Of a stretch of 64,000 bases of DNA, positions 27,638 to 37,923 are shown one piece after another. Source of the stretch: Acidobacteriota bacterium (GTDB lineage: Bacteria; Acidobacteriota; UBA6911; RPQK01; JAJDTT01); assembly GCA_965217775.1 (NCBI GenBank), contig CBDCJH010000002.1, forward strand, positions 4,512,001 through 4,576,000, read 5' to 3'. Made by a program: the position numbers and the translations under genes. The notes beneath the pieces were generated by a model, which was not told the origin of the DNA, did no database searches, and saw only the letters and a list, made by a program, of their open reading frames with translations. The stretch's first letter is position 1. Each line of letters opens with the position of its first letter.

Positions 27638-28894
27638 ATGCGCCGATACGTCCGCTGCAGTGCCGTCTTCATGTTCCTCGTCCTGACCGGGGCGCCCCTG
27701 AACACCGTTTACGGCGAGCTCCTGTTGAGACCCGTCGATCCCCGGGAAGTGGGAGTCTCCCCGCAGAGACTCGAAAAACTGGACGCGATCACACTGGAGC
27801 ACATCGAAAGGAAGCAGTTTCCGGGCGCCGTCATTCTGGTCGCCCGAAAAGGGGGCATCGTCTACCGGAAGGCCTTCGGCGATCGAACCGTCTCCCCCAG
27901 CCGCTCGCCCCTGGAAGTGGACACCATCTTCGACATGGCCTCCCTGACCAAGATCATGCCCACGGCCGTCTCCATCATGATCCTGGTGGAGGAAGGGCGC
28001 CTCTCTCTTTCCGACCCGGTCTCCAAGCATCTCAACCGTTTTTCCCAGTACGGCAAGCACCGGGTGACCGTGCGGCAGCTCCTGACCCACTATTCGGGAC
28101 TGCGCCCCAGTCTGGCCCTGAAGACCAAGTGGTCGGGTTACGAGACGGCTGTCGCCCGCGCCTGCCGGGAGCGACTGGCGACCCGGCCCGGCGCGCGTTT
28201 CAAGTACAGCGACATCAACTACGTGGTTCTCGGCGAGCTGGTGCGGGTCATCTCGGGAGACCATCTGGACGCGTTCTCACGAAAACGGGTCTTCGAACCG
28301 CTGGGCATGAAGGACACCTCCTTCAATCCAAGGGAGCGAATGAAGTCCAGGATCGCTCCCACCGAACGGCATGAAGGAGAGTTCCTTCATGGAAGGGTCC
28401 ACGACCCCACCGCGGCGCGAATGGGAGGATGCGCCGGACACGCCGGGGTCTTTTCCACCGCCGACGACGTGGCCCGGTACGGGCAGATGATCCTCAACGG
28501 GGGCGTCTACGACGGCAGGCGAATCCTCTCGCCGCTTGCCGTCCTGCAAATGACCACGCCCCAATCTCCAACCGGAAAGCCGGTGCTTCGGGGTCTAGGA
28601 TTCGACATCCACAGCCGATACCACGCCCCGCGCGGAGACCTCTTCCCGGTGGGGTCCTTCGGCCACAGCGGCTTCACCGGGACCTCACTCTGGATCGACC
28701 CCTACACGGAAACCCTGGTGGTGATTCTGACCAGCCGGCTCCATCCCAGAGGGCGCGGCGACGCGGTGCCTTTCCGCAAGCGGGTGGCTTCAATCGTGGG
28801 CGCCTCGATTGTCGACCGGGTCCCGATTCAAGCCATCCGATCAACCCTCTGGAGCGGGCCCGCCACGTCCTCGCCCGTCAGCCGAACTCGCTGA
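27638..28894 (+). CDS. Serine hydrolase, beta-lactamase family (exported)
   Basis: SLTK (SxxK), LLTHYSGL, YSD, GHSGFTG, and a signal peptide. Confidence 0.9.
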   Translation: MRRYVRCSAVFMFLVLTGAPLNTVYGELLLRPVDPREVGVSPQRLEKLDAITLEHIERKQFPGAVILVARKGGIVYRKAFGDRTVSPSRSPLEVDTIFDMASLTKIMPTAVSIMILVEEGRLSLSDPVSKHLNRFSQYGKHRVTVRQLLTHYSGLRPSLALKTKWSGYETAVARACRERLATRPGARFKYSDINYVVLGELVRVISGDHLDAFSRKRVFEPLGMKDTSFNPRERMKSRIAPTERHEGEFLHGRVHDPTAARMGGCAGHAGVFSTADDVARYGQMILNGGVYDGRRILSPLAVLQMTTPQSPTGKPVLRGLGFDIHSRYHAPRGDLFPVGSFGHSGFTGTSLWIDPYTETLVVILTSRLHPRGRGDAVPFRKRVASIVGASIVDRVPIQAIRSTLWSGPATSSPVSRTR

Positions 28895-30515
28895 AACCCC
28901 GGGGAATCCGGACATCGATCAAGGTGGTCCGATCGGATCCGACGGCTTCCTCCAGGACCGGCAGCAGTTCCGCCAGAGAATCGACCCGCGCTCCGGCGAC
29001 GCCAAACCCTTCGGCAATCTTCACGAAATCGGGGTTGGCCAGATCGGTTCCCAGGTATCTGCCGCCGTAGCTGTTCTTCTGCATCCACTTCAAGACGCCC
29101 CAAGCTTCATCGTTGAAGAGGACGACGGTGACGTTCAAGCCATATTGGACGGAGGTCGCCAACTCGGCCATGCAGTACTGGAACCCGCCATCTCCCGAAA
29201 AGCAGACCACGGGGGTTCCGGGATTGGCCGCCTTGGCTCCCAGGGCGGCCGGGAAGGAGAAACCGATGCTGACCCAGCCGTACGGGTTCAGGAAGGTGCG
29301 GGGGCCATAGACCTGAAAGGCGCGGCTGGCGCGGCTGGCGGGGACGGTGGTGTCCCAAGTGGTGATGGTCTCCCGGGGGAGCACGCTCCGGATGGCTTCC
29401 ATGGCCCGGGTCTCGGCCGGCCACTCACGCCGGAGCTCGGTGCGGATACTCCGTTTGAGGCTCCGGATCTCCTCTCGGTAGCCGGTTCCGGTGGAGAGGT
29501 CCCGACCCTGGATCCGCTCCAGGATCTGACCCGCCACCACGCCGCCGTCGGCCAGGACACCCAGGCTGACGGGATAGTTCCGTCCCAGGTAGTCCGGGTC
29601 CAAGACCACTTGCACCAATTGTTCCGGGAATCGGACCCCGAGCTGCACCGTGCTGCGATGGATGAGTCCGGACCCCAGAGCCAGCACCAGGTCACACTCC
29701 GGGATGAAATCGTGGACCGGGTTCCGGGCCCAGATCCGCTGTCCCAGGCAGGTGCCCAGGGAGAGGGGGTGGTCCTCCGGGAAAGCGTCCTTGGCGCCGT
29801 CTCCGGTGACGACGGGGGCTCCCAGAGTCTCGGCCAGAAGGATCAAGCTCCCATGGGCTCCGGTGTGGGCTAGTTCCTCACCGGCCCAGATCAGGGGCCG
29901 CTCGGCTCGCCCCAGGGCGGCCACGATCTGCTCCAACTCCTCCTCGCCCGCTCCCGGTGGTTCGGGGAGAGCCGGAAGATCGCCGCCCGGACCACACGGA
30001 GCTCCCAGAAGATCGGTGGGGAACTGGAGGACGGCGGGGCGCCGGCGCCCTGAGGACAGTGCCGCGAAAGCCTCGTCCACGGCCGGAACCAGGGTCTGGG
30101 CATCCTCCACGCGGCGGGCGTGGCCGGTCACCGAGCGGAGCATCCGGAACTGCTGCTTGGGTTCATGGATCAGGCCCAGACCCGTCTCCCGCTCACCTCG
30201 CCCGACGGTGGTGGTCAAATGCAATACGGGAGAACTGGAGTGAAAAGCCTCTCCCACGGAGTGCATGGAGTTGGCCGCACCGGGCCCCGTGCTGGTGACC
30301 AGAATGCCGGGCCGGCCACTGGAACGGGCGTACCCGTCCGCCATGAAACCGCAGCCCAACTCCGAGCGGCCCCCGATGTGGCGCACCCGATCCTGATAGC
30401 GGTAGAGGGCGTCGAAGATATCGAGATTATGGATGGAGATAATGCCGAATAGGAGGTCCGCCTTGTGGTTCGCCAAACGCTCCACAAGTGCCTCGCCGCC
30501 GGTCCTGTTGGCCAT
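28878..30515 (-). CDS. Thiamine pyrophosphate-binding protein
   Basis: FMADGYAR, TGPGAAN, GDGGFQY...VLFND. Confidence 0.88.
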   Translation of the reverse strand: MANRTGGEALVERLANHKADLLFGIISIHNLDIFDALYRYQDRVRHIGGRSELGCGFMADGYARSSGRPGILVTSTGPGAANSMHSVGEAFHSSSPVLHLTTTVGRGERETGLGLIHEPKQQFRMLRSVTGHARRVEDAQTLVPAVDEAFAALSSGRRRPAVLQFPTDLLGAPCGPGGDLPALPEPPGAGEEELEQIVAALGRAERPLIWAGEELAHTGAHGSLILLAETLGAPVVTGDGAKDAFPEDHPLSLGTCLGQRIWARNPVHDFIPECDLVLALGSGLIHRSTVQLGVRFPEQLVQVVLDPDYLGRNYPVSLGVLADGGVVAGQILERIQGRDLSTGTGYREEIRSLKRSIRTELRREWPAETRAMEAIRSVLPRETITTWDTTVPASRASRAFQVYGPRTFLNPYGWVSIGFSFPAALGAKAANPGTPVVCFSGDGGFQYCMAELATSVQYGLNVTVVLFNDEAWGVLKWMQKNSYGGRYLGTDLANPDFVKIAEGFGVAGARVDSLAELLPVLEEAVGSDRTTLIDVRIPRGFSEFG

Positions 30516-30657
30516 CTCAGGTGTCCGAGGATACGAAGAGGGCGGCCACCAGGGCCGCCCCTACACCATATTTCTCACCGGGGCGGTACGATGCACGCGC
30601 AGGATTTTCGCCATGCGCTCAGCGACCCCGGAACGAATCCCAGGTTAGACCCATTTC

Positions 30658-31716
30658 TCATTCCTCGGACTGGCGCTCGGGGCGAAGCTCCCGGACCACC
30701 TTGCCGATCCGCCACATCTCCGACTGCTCGACCTCCTTCAGCTCCCGGGTGAGAGCCTCCCGGTAGTCGGCAGCCCGGTTGGCGGCCAGGACCCGGCGGG
30801 TTTCGTCACCGCGAGCCACCTTGTCGTAGAGCTCCTCGAAGATCGGAACGTTGGCGTCGCGGAAGCGCTTGAACCAGTCCAGAGCGCCCCGTTGGGCCGT
30901 GGTGGAGCAGTTGGCGTACATCCAGTCCATCCCGTTCTCGGCGATGAGAGGATAGAGGCTCTGGGTGGCCTCCTCCACGGTCTCGTTGAAGGCCTCCTGG
31001 GGACTGTGGCCCCGGGCCCTCAGGACCTCGTACTGGGCCAGCCAGAGTCCGTAGATGGCGCCCATCAGGACCCCCCTCTCGCCCGTCAGGTCGCTGTAGA
31101 CTTCCTTCTTGAAATCGGTCTCGAAAAGGAATCCGGACCCGATGGCGATTCCCAGGGCCAGGCAGCGCTCCCGGGCGCGGCCCGTGTAATCCTGATCCAC
31201 CGCGTAGCTGGAATTGATCCCCCGGCCCTCGAGGAAGAGCCGCCTCACGGTGGTCCCGGAGCCCTTGGGCGCCACCAGGATGACGTCGATGTCGGGCGGT
31301 GGAACCACTCCGGTCTGGTCGCTGTAGGTGAGGGCGAAGCCGTGGGAAAAGCAGAGGGCGTCGCCCGGCTTGAAGTGGGGCTTGATATTGTGCCACTGCT
31401 GTCCCTGGCCGGCGTCGCTCAACAGGTACATGACCAGCGTGGACCGCTCCACCACCTCGGTGATGTCCTCGATCAGGTTGACGCCCGGAACCCAGCCGTC
31501 CTCGACCGCCTTCTTCCAGCCGTTGCCGCCGCGGCGCTGGCCGACGATGACCTCGATCCCGTTGTCCCGGCAATTCAGGGACTGGCCATGGCCCTGAGGA
31601 CCATATCCAATGACGCCGACGCGCTCGCGACCCAGGATCTCCCGGACTTTTCCCATCGGATAGTCGCTGCGCTCGATCACGTCCTCGACATAGTCTCCGA
31701 TCTGGATTCTTCTCAT
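30658..31716 (-). CDS. ilvC: Ketol-acid reductoisomerase (Ilv5/Bacteroidetes-like type)
   Basis: VIGYGPQG, LLSDAGQ, FSHGF, VAPKGSG, EVYSDLTGERGVLMG, ANCSTTAQRGALDW. Confidence 0.93.
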   Translation of the reverse strand: MRRIQIGDYVEDVIERSDYPMGKVREILGRERVGVIGYGPQGHGQSLNCRDNGIEVIVGQRRGGNGWKKAVEDGWVPGVNLIEDITEVVERSTLVMYLLSDAGQGQQWHNIKPHFKPGDALCFSHGFALTYSDQTGVVPPPDIDVILVAPKGSGTTVRRLFLEGRGINSSYAVDQDYTGRARERCLALGIAIGSGFLFETDFKKEVYSDLTGERGVLMGAIYGLWLAQYEVLRARGHSPQEAFNETVEEATQSLYPLIAENGMDWMYANCSTTAQRGALDWFKRFRDANVPIFEELYDKVARGDETRRVLAANRAADYREALTRELKEVEQSEMWRIGKVVRELRPERQSEE

Positions 31717-31848
31717 GATTCCCTCTCTTTGGAAGATTCGATATCCTTCGCTTGCTCAGCAGGATGACGGAGCGAGTTTATACCAAATCCTGCAAACGCG
31801 ACTCAACAGCCCCGGGACGAAGCTCCCGTGGACGGACAAGGAGCACTC

Positions 31849-32199
31849 ATGGAGATCAAGCAGGTTTGGGACCTGACCCGGTTTCGTCCCGAGAAAATGC
31901 AAAAGGTGAACCTCTTCGAGACCCCCCGAATGTTCTGCGACATCTACTGCTTCGAACCGGGCCAGGAGCAGAAGGTTCACGCCCATCATGGGAACGACAA
32001 GATCTACCACGTCCTGAAGGGACGCGGCCGCTTCACCGTGGGCAACGAAACCCACACCCTGGAAGAAGGCGAGGCCACCTGGGCGCCGTCGGGCGAGCCC
32101 CACGGCGTGCTCAACCATTCCGGAGATCCCCTGATCTGCCTGGTCTTCATGGCTCCCCATCCCAGACCCGGCCGATTCGCCGCGGCGGGTGAAGATTGA
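31849..32199 (+). CDS. Cupin domain protein
   Basis: HAH..DKIYHVLKG and GEPHGVLN. AAGGAG RBS. Confidence 0.85.
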   Translation: MEIKQVWDLTRFRPEKMQKVNLFETPRMFCDIYCFEPGQEQKVHAHHGNDKIYHVLKGRGRFTVGNETHTLEEGEATWAPSGEPHGVLNHSGDPLICLVFMAPHPRPGRFAAAGED

Positions 32200-33703
32200 A
32201 ACCATGTTCTGCCGGTCCCTGCCCCTTTCCTCCGACCCCGCGGCGCTGTACGCGCGGCTGAGCCGGACCCGCGGCCCCTGGGCGGCCCTGGACAGCGGTT
32301 GGAATCCCGGAGGCACGCGCGTCGGCCCCCTCTCCCGGTTCTGCATCTGCGCCGTCGACCCGTTTGCCCTCCTCACTGCGCGGGGGAACCGGGCGGTCCT
32401 GACCTGGAAAGACGGGCGCTGCGAACGAGGATCGACCCTTTCCCTCCTCCGGGACGTTCTGAGCCGCTTCCGGCTCCCGCACGCGAACTGGCCGACCCCC
32501 TTTCCGGCGGGGGCCATAGGATATTTCGGTTATGAGCTCGGGGCGCTCATGGAGCCGGCTTTCGGTGCACTATCGGGATCGGACGAAGAGACGGACCTGC
32601 CCGATCTCTGGCTGGGACTGTTCGATTCCGCCGTGACCATCGACCTGGAGCGGGAACGGATCCTGCTCACCGCCACCGGCCGGCCCGATGCCGGTGACCG
32701 GGCCCGCCAACAAGCCGAATCCCGGATTCGCGAGCTGACCGCGGCAGTCGAATCCGCGGCAGCGGACTCGATGCAAGGCCTCGACCCGGCACCGCCGGCA
32801 CCCGCCGCCGGGGACGGCTTCGATTCCAACTTCACTCCCGCCGGGTTCGCCGGAGCCGTCAACCGGATCAAGGAGTTCATCGCCGCCGGCGACATCTACC
32901 AGGCCAACCTCTCCCAACGCTTCCGGACCCGCTACGAAGGGGATCCCTTCCGGCTCTTCCTGGGACTGCGCCAAGCGGCCCCCGCTCCCTTCTCCGCCTT
33001 CCTGGAGGGTGGAGACTTCGCCGTGGTCAGCATGTCCCCGGAACGCTTCCTTCACCTGGACCCGGAGACGCGCCGGATCGAGACCCGTCCCATCAAGGGG
33101 ACACGGCCGCGTGGGAACACCGGCGCCGAGGACCGTTTGCTGGCCCGGGAGCTCGTCCAGAGCGAGAAGGACCGGGCCGAGCACGTCATGATCGTGGACC
33201 TGGAGCGGAACGATCTGGGAAGGGTGGCCCGGGTGGGCACGGTCCAAGTCCGGGAATTGTCGCTGCTGGAAACCTTTCCCACGCTGTTTCACCTGACCTC
33301 GACGGTGGAGGGAATCCTGGCCCCCGGCCGCGACCGTGTGGATCTCCTCAAGGCCACCTTCCCCGGAGGCTCCATCACCGGAGCTCCCAAGATCCGGGCC
33401 ATGCAGGTGATCGACGAGCTGGAAACGGTCCGGCGAGGGATCTACACCGGGTCCCTCGGCTACCTGAGCTTCAGCGGCGGGATGGATTTGAACGTGGCCA
33501 TTCGCACCATCGTCATCCAGGAAGGCCGGGCGGAGTTTCACGTGGGCGCCGGCATCGTGGCCGACAGCGACCCGGAAGGGGAATACCAGGAGACGCTGGT
33601 CAAGGGCCGGTCCTTGCGGGAGGGATTGGAGGCTGCCGAAACACCGGACCCGGTCCCGCGGAGCCGATCCGCGGCAAGGTTGCCGGCAGATCGGATTTTC
33701 TAA
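32189..33703 (+). CDS. pabB: Aminodeoxychorismate synthase component I
   Basis: GYFGYE, GDIYQANLSQR, SPERF, PIKGTRPRG, EHVMIVDLERNDLG, FPGGSITGAPK. Confidence 0.88.
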   Translation: MKIETMFCRSLPLSSDPAALYARLSRTRGPWAALDSGWNPGGTRVGPLSRFCICAVDPFALLTARGNRAVLTWKDGRCERGSTLSLLRDVLSRFRLPHANWPTPFPAGAIGYFGYELGALMEPAFGALSGSDEETDLPDLWLGLFDSAVTIDLERERILLTATGRPDAGDRARQQAESRIRELTAAVESAAADSMQGLDPAPPAPAAGDGFDSNFTPAGFAGAVNRIKEFIAAGDIYQANLSQRFRTRYEGDPFRLFLGLRQAAPAPFSAFLEGGDFAVVSMSPERFLHLDPETRRIETRPIKGTRPRGNTGAEDRLLARELVQSEKDRAEHVMIVDLERNDLGRVARVGTVQVRELSLLETFPTLFHLTSTVEGILAPGRDRVDLLKATFPGGSITGAPKIRAMQVIDELETVRRGIYTGSLGYLSFSGGMDLNVAIRTIVIQEGRAEFHVGAGIVADSDPEGEYQETLVKGRSLREGLEAAETPDPVPRSRSAARLPADRIF

Positions 33704-33762
33704 TAGAATAGCTGTCCTTCCGCCTGGAGACTTCAGGCTTGGGCGTGACGTTTCGAATATGT

Positions 33763-33840
33763 GGTGGGCGTAGCTCAGTCAGGTAGAGCACAGGGTTGTG
33801 GCCCCTGTGGTCGTGGGTTCAAGTCCCATCGCCCACCCCA
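33763..33840 (+). tRNA. tRNA-His(GTG)
   Basis: G-1 GTGGGCG acceptor pairing CGCCCAC-C-CCA, anticodon arm CAGGG-TTGTGGC-CCCTG, and a GGTTCAAGTCC T-arm. Confidence 0.95.
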
Positions 33841-33848
33841 TGCCTCAA

Positions 33849-34006
33849 CAGCCCGTGGCAAAAGTCATCACGGCATTCGACCGTCCCTGCATCCCGGCGG
33901 ACGGCGTTGCGATTCGGGCACATACTCCCGGTATGCACCCGAATCGCGCCTTGTCCGGCGGGCGCAGGAACGGTCTCGGTGCTCGCGGGACTTTCACCAC
34001 GGACTG
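33849..34006. mobile_element. 158-bp fold-back MITE, copy 3
   Basis: TCAA target duplication on both sides. Lies 8 bp after the tRNA-His CCA. Confidence 0.88.
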
Positions 34007-34135
34007 TCAAGAAATTCCAAATTTCAAACTGAAGAAGGGGGATGGCCGGCGGTATCGGCCCTCCTCAGTAAAATCCAGGGGCGCCCCTGGTGTGTGTGGG
34101 CGCCCTTGTGACTTCGGCTCCGGGCCGTGGAGAGT

Positions 34136-34414
34136 TCAGGGCCGGCTCGGAGGATTGCCTGAATTGTCCTGCTGGCGACTGAGCGACTTGGCCAACAGAT
34201 TCCGGATTTGGATCAGTAAGGCTAGAGCTCCACAGACGGCGATTGCCATCGCGACGCCGGTTAGCAGCCCGGTGAAGATACCCCCCGCTCCGGAGGCTGA
34301 AACGCCCGACATCAGCCCCAGCAGGACGAGCACGATCGCCAGCAGGCCATTGAGCGGGACGATGGAATCGGCCAGGAGACGGTTGATTTGTTCGACTAGA
34401 TTCATGTCCGCCAA
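34136..34414 (-). CDS. Small two-TM membrane protein
   Basis: Two long hydrophobic segments ending in LLIQIRNLL. Confidence 0.55.
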   Translation of the reverse strand: MADMNLVEQINRLLADSIVPLNGLLAIVLVLLGLMSGVSASGAGGIFTGLLTGVAMAIAVCGALALLIQIRNLLAKSLSRQQDNSGNPPSRP

Positions 34415-34486
34415 TATAGCAAGAAGAGGAGTGAGGAACGAGAGCAGACCCCATTCTTGATTGCTCTCCGGTTCTATCTTGGCAAC

Positions 34487-35686
34487 TCAAAAATGTTCGC
34501 TGCACCAGGGAGGGACGTCGACCCGGAACATGGCGTCCGCTTCGCTGAGTTTCTTCGAGTTGCGGGCATGGACCCGGCCCGCGCGGGACAGCGTGCGGAA
34601 GCTCACGCCGCCGAGGTAGGCGGCGCCCAGCTCGTTGGCCGTCAGCTCCAGGTCCGGCTGGCCTGTGGTCGGACGGCAGGTGGCTCCGTCGGGCCCTCCT
34701 TCCAGCTCGAAGCGGCCCCGGTTCCAAGGACAGCTTGCGTCCTCCAACTCCAAGACCAATCTGCCCGATGAAGCGTACCGGCGAGCCGAGAGAGCCGCCG
34801 GAGCGTCCACCAGCCGAAGCCAGAGAGAGTCGCCGGGAGAGCGCTTCAGATGACGCGGGTCCGCCAGCATCCAGAGCAGGGGGTCCTGCAGGGGGCGGTG
34901 CCGAGCTTGGATGGTGGTCATCAGGTCCACTCCGAAGCAGAACTGCCAAAGCGCTCTCTGAGCCCGCGAGTTGAGGCCGCAGAGTTCCTCCACTGCGACC
35001 GTAAGATCCCGGGGCCGGATCCGGTAGATAACGTAGCCTTCCACGCTGGATCCGTCCCGGTACGCGGCGTGGATCAACCGGGTTGCATCCCGGCAGCCCT
35101 GATCCTGGGGGTCGCCCAGCGCCAGTTCCCAGCGCGCGGCTCGACGATGGACGGTCCCCACCCGCCGGGACAGGGACTCCTCATGAACCCGGGGAAAGAG
35201 ATCCGATGCCTCGGACCGGGAGACGAAATCCACCCGTCCCGCCCCGGAGTCACCGGGAATCAGCTGCGTCCGCAGCCGGTCGATGGCCCAAGACTCGTGG
35301 AAGGTGGCGATCCCGTATCCGAAGCGCCCGTAGATGATGCTCTCGGAGGCGTAGAGGCCGGTGGCCGGCTCTCCCCGTTCATGCATGTCCCGGAGCTGGC
35401 GGTTCATCATCCGGGTCATGAGACCCCGCCGCCGATGCGTGGGCTGGACCGTCACGCCGGCCAAAGCCCCCATGGGAAGCCAGCCTCCCGGGATCCGCAT
35501 CCGGAAGGAGTGGACGTTGATGGTGCCCACGATTCGCCCCGAGTCGTATGCGGCCCAGGAGCGATCCAGTTCCACCGGAGTGCGGCGGATTTGAGATTCC
35601 GGGATGCTGAACCCGAAACCGCTGACCTTGGCCCGGATCCAGGCGGGATAGTCGTCAGCGGTGAGTCGCCTCAACTCGATGCTCAT
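34487..35686 (-). CDS. Eis-family GNAT N-acetyltransferase
   Basis: VTVQPTHRRRGLM, LYASESIIYGRFGYG, LWLRLVDAPAALSARRY and an SCP2-like tail. Start MSIELRR overlaps the upstream stop. Confidence 0.9.
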   Translation of the reverse strand: MSIELRRLTADDYPAWIRAKVSGFGFSIPESQIRRTPVELDRSWAAYDSGRIVGTINVHSFRMRIPGGWLPMGALAGVTVQPTHRRRGLMTRMMNRQLRDMHERGEPATGLYASESIIYGRFGYGIATFHESWAIDRLRTQLIPGDSGAGRVDFVSRSEASDLFPRVHEESLSRRVGTVHRRAARWELALGDPQDQGCRDATRLIHAAYRDGSSVEGYVIYRIRPRDLTVAVEELCGLNSRAQRALWQFCFGVDLMTTIQARHRPLQDPLLWMLADPRHLKRSPGDSLWLRLVDAPAALSARRYASSGRLVLELEDASCPWNRGRFELEGGPDGATCRPTTGQPDLELTANELGAAYLGGVSFRTLSRAGRVHARNSKKLSEADAMFRVDVPPWCSEHF

Positions 35687-37890
35687 GGAACCAGCGCCAC
35701 CTCGACCTGAAACCGGCCGAATCGATTCTGATCTCCCTCCAACTCGAAGGCCAGGATCTTCTCGGGACGAGATCTGCAGACCTGGACCCGCGTCCATTCC
35801 CGGGTCCGAACGACAACTCGATAATCCCGCTCCGGCAGGACATTGTAAAGGCAGAGGCCGTGGCGGCGAATCAGCCTAAGATCCAGGGTGACCGTCGAGT
35901 CGGCGGCGGCGTAGACGGCGTTCAAGATCCGGAGGCCCTTGGAGTTGGCGTTCAGCAGCAGCGGGCAGCCGGGGGGCGGCGGCCCCAACCGAAGGGTCGC
36001 CTGCTCTCCGGGCTCCAGGGGAGGCGCCGTGAAATAGCGTCCATCCACGATGTGAATGTAGTTCACTCCGTCCGCCGAGACCCCTTCCACGGGAACGTCG
36101 CTCTCCACCATGAACCCTTCCAGGCGCCGGCCTGTCGGGTTGGCCACCGTCACGCTCTCGGGAGAGTTCGCGCGGAAGCGGATGGACTCATAATCGTTCA
36201 TCGTCTCGTACAGCATCTTCTCGCTGGCCAACCAGAAGCCGCGCCGCTCGGCAAGAGTGATGGCGTAGATCAGGTAGTCCAGGGTTCCTCGGCCGTGGTT
36301 GACGCTGGCGTCGGCGCTGAAGAGGGGATGGTATTGGAGCGTGTAGACTCCGTTCTCCAACCAGTAGGGGTCTTCTTCACCATCGCCCGAACCCAGTTCG
36401 AATTCCCAGGGGGGTTTTCGGGTGGTGGCCTCCTGAGCCGGGGAAGGGGCTTTCCCATGCCGGCCCGAGTAGATCAGGTCCACCAGGCTGTAGTCGCAGT
36501 CGTATTCGTGGGTCCGATCCCAACCCCGCAGTGCCCGGTGTTTCTCCACGCGGGTGATGACCGGATGATAGGGGAACCAGAAACCGGTGCTGGCCACGGT
36601 GTAGCTGCCGTCGGTCTCGTAGGCATGCTCGCCATATTCCCACATGTCGTAGAAGCAGAAGGTGCAGGTTCCCAGCACCTGGGGAACCTGCTCGTACAGA
36701 TAGTCCATGGCGTCCAGGGTCTCGGGATGGGCGTGGGCCCCGCCGTGCCGGCCGCAGGTGTAGACCCGGATCCCCAGACGCTCCTCCGTGATCCGGACGT
36801 GGTCGTAGAGCCCCTTTCCCACCAGATAGGTGGGCGGCGCGCCGGCCAGGCTGTCATTGTGAAGCCCCGCCTCCAGGAACTCGTACTTGCCGACCTCGCG
36901 AACCCAGAGCCGGGACTGCTCCCCGGTGGCGGAATCGGCTGCAATGACCGGGTCGAGAATGTCCCAACTGGCCGGCACCAGGTTGGCCGCTTCGTACTCC
37001 AACATGGCGAGGTCGGCTGAATTGTCCACGTCGTGCCGCAGGGAGAGGACGCCCCGGTAACTGCCGAACGCGCGCAGCCGGGAGCAAGGAAGTCCCTGGT
37101 TCCGCTCCTTCAGGAGCCGGGCCAGGAAGTAGACCAGCGTGTCTCCCCAGTGGACCGGGTTGTTCCAGTTCCGGATCTCGTCCACGTACAGGTGCGCCTG
37201 CAGGACTCCACCCAGGAACTCGAAGACCTGGTTGGCCACGTAGAGGGTGTTTCCGTTGAGGACGATCCCGTCGCCGAGCCGGCTCCGCGTGGCGGTCGAG
37301 GCGTTCCGGAGGTCTCCCGTAATCTCGTAGAGACCGGCCGGGACCTGTGCGCCGGCGGCGGCTTCGACGCGGTGGACGGAGCCGCCTCGGGCTCCCGAGA
37401 CGTAGAGATCCTCCCAGGTGGAAGCGTCACTGAAGGGGGAATCGTCCGTCCATCCCCAGCCACTGTAGCCCTGGGGCCGCTCAAGCCGGGATCGCTCCAG
37501 ACCCAGGAGCGCGTGGGGGAGATTGGTCCTGCCCGTCACCATGAGAAAGAATTCCGGGTCCCGGAGGCGGTCCCGGATCCGGGAACGGGTGCTCTCCTCC
37601 AGGCGGGCGGCGTTGGGAATCACGAGAGTCTGATACTTCGGGATCGATTCCCGCAGCTCCTCCTCGTCGACGGTGTCGTGCTTCAGGTTCAGCCGGTTGA
37701 GGAAGGCGGAGGCGGCGTTGGGCGCCAGATAGGCGTACTCCCCCTTGAGCCAGCGGGCCGGTTCTCCCCAGGCATCGGTGAACTCGTAGATCCGGTCTCG
37801 GTCCAGGGCCTCCCGGACGTAGAGCTGCCGCGAGCTCTCGCTTTTGAGCAGGGCGATGTTCTGGCGCAGGTTCGGTGGCATGTCGGTCAC
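35683..37890 (-). CDS. Large hypothetical protein with a polysaccharide deacetylase (NodB-like) core
   Basis: SLRHDVD, EAGLHND, RH and LQYHP motifs of CE4-like folds. Flanking domains were not identified. Confidence 0.55.
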   Translation of the reverse strand: MTDMPPNLRQNIALLKSESSRQLYVREALDRDRIYEFTDAWGEPARWLKGEYAYLAPNAASAFLNRLNLKHDTVDEEELRESIPKYQTLVIPNAARLEESTRSRIRDRLRDPEFFLMVTGRTNLPHALLGLERSRLERPQGYSGWGWTDDSPFSDASTWEDLYVSGARGGSVHRVEAAAGAQVPAGLYEITGDLRNASTATRSRLGDGIVLNGNTLYVANQVFEFLGGVLQAHLYVDEIRNWNNPVHWGDTLVYFLARLLKERNQGLPCSRLRAFGSYRGVLSLRHDVDNSADLAMLEYEAANLVPASWDILDPVIAADSATGEQSRLWVREVGKYEFLEAGLHNDSLAGAPPTYLVGKGLYDHVRITEERLGIRVYTCGRHGGAHAHPETLDAMDYLYEQVPQVLGTCTFCFYDMWEYGEHAYETDGSYTVASTGFWFPYHPVITRVEKHRALRGWDRTHEYDCDYSLVDLIYSGRHGKAPSPAQEATTRKPPWEFELGSGDGEEDPYWLENGVYTLQYHPLFSADASVNHGRGTLDYLIYAITLAERRGFWLASEKMLYETMNDYESIRFRANSPESVTVANPTGRRLEGFMVESDVPVEGVSADGVNYIHIVDGRYFTAPPLEPGEQATLRLGPPPPGCPLLLNANSKGLRILNAVYAAADSTVTLDLRLIRRHGLCLYNVLPERDYRVVVRTREWTRVQVCRSRPEKILAFELEGDQNRFGRFQVEVALVP

Positions 37891-37923
37891 TCCTGATCGC
37901 AGCTCCCGGCGAGGGAGGGTTTT

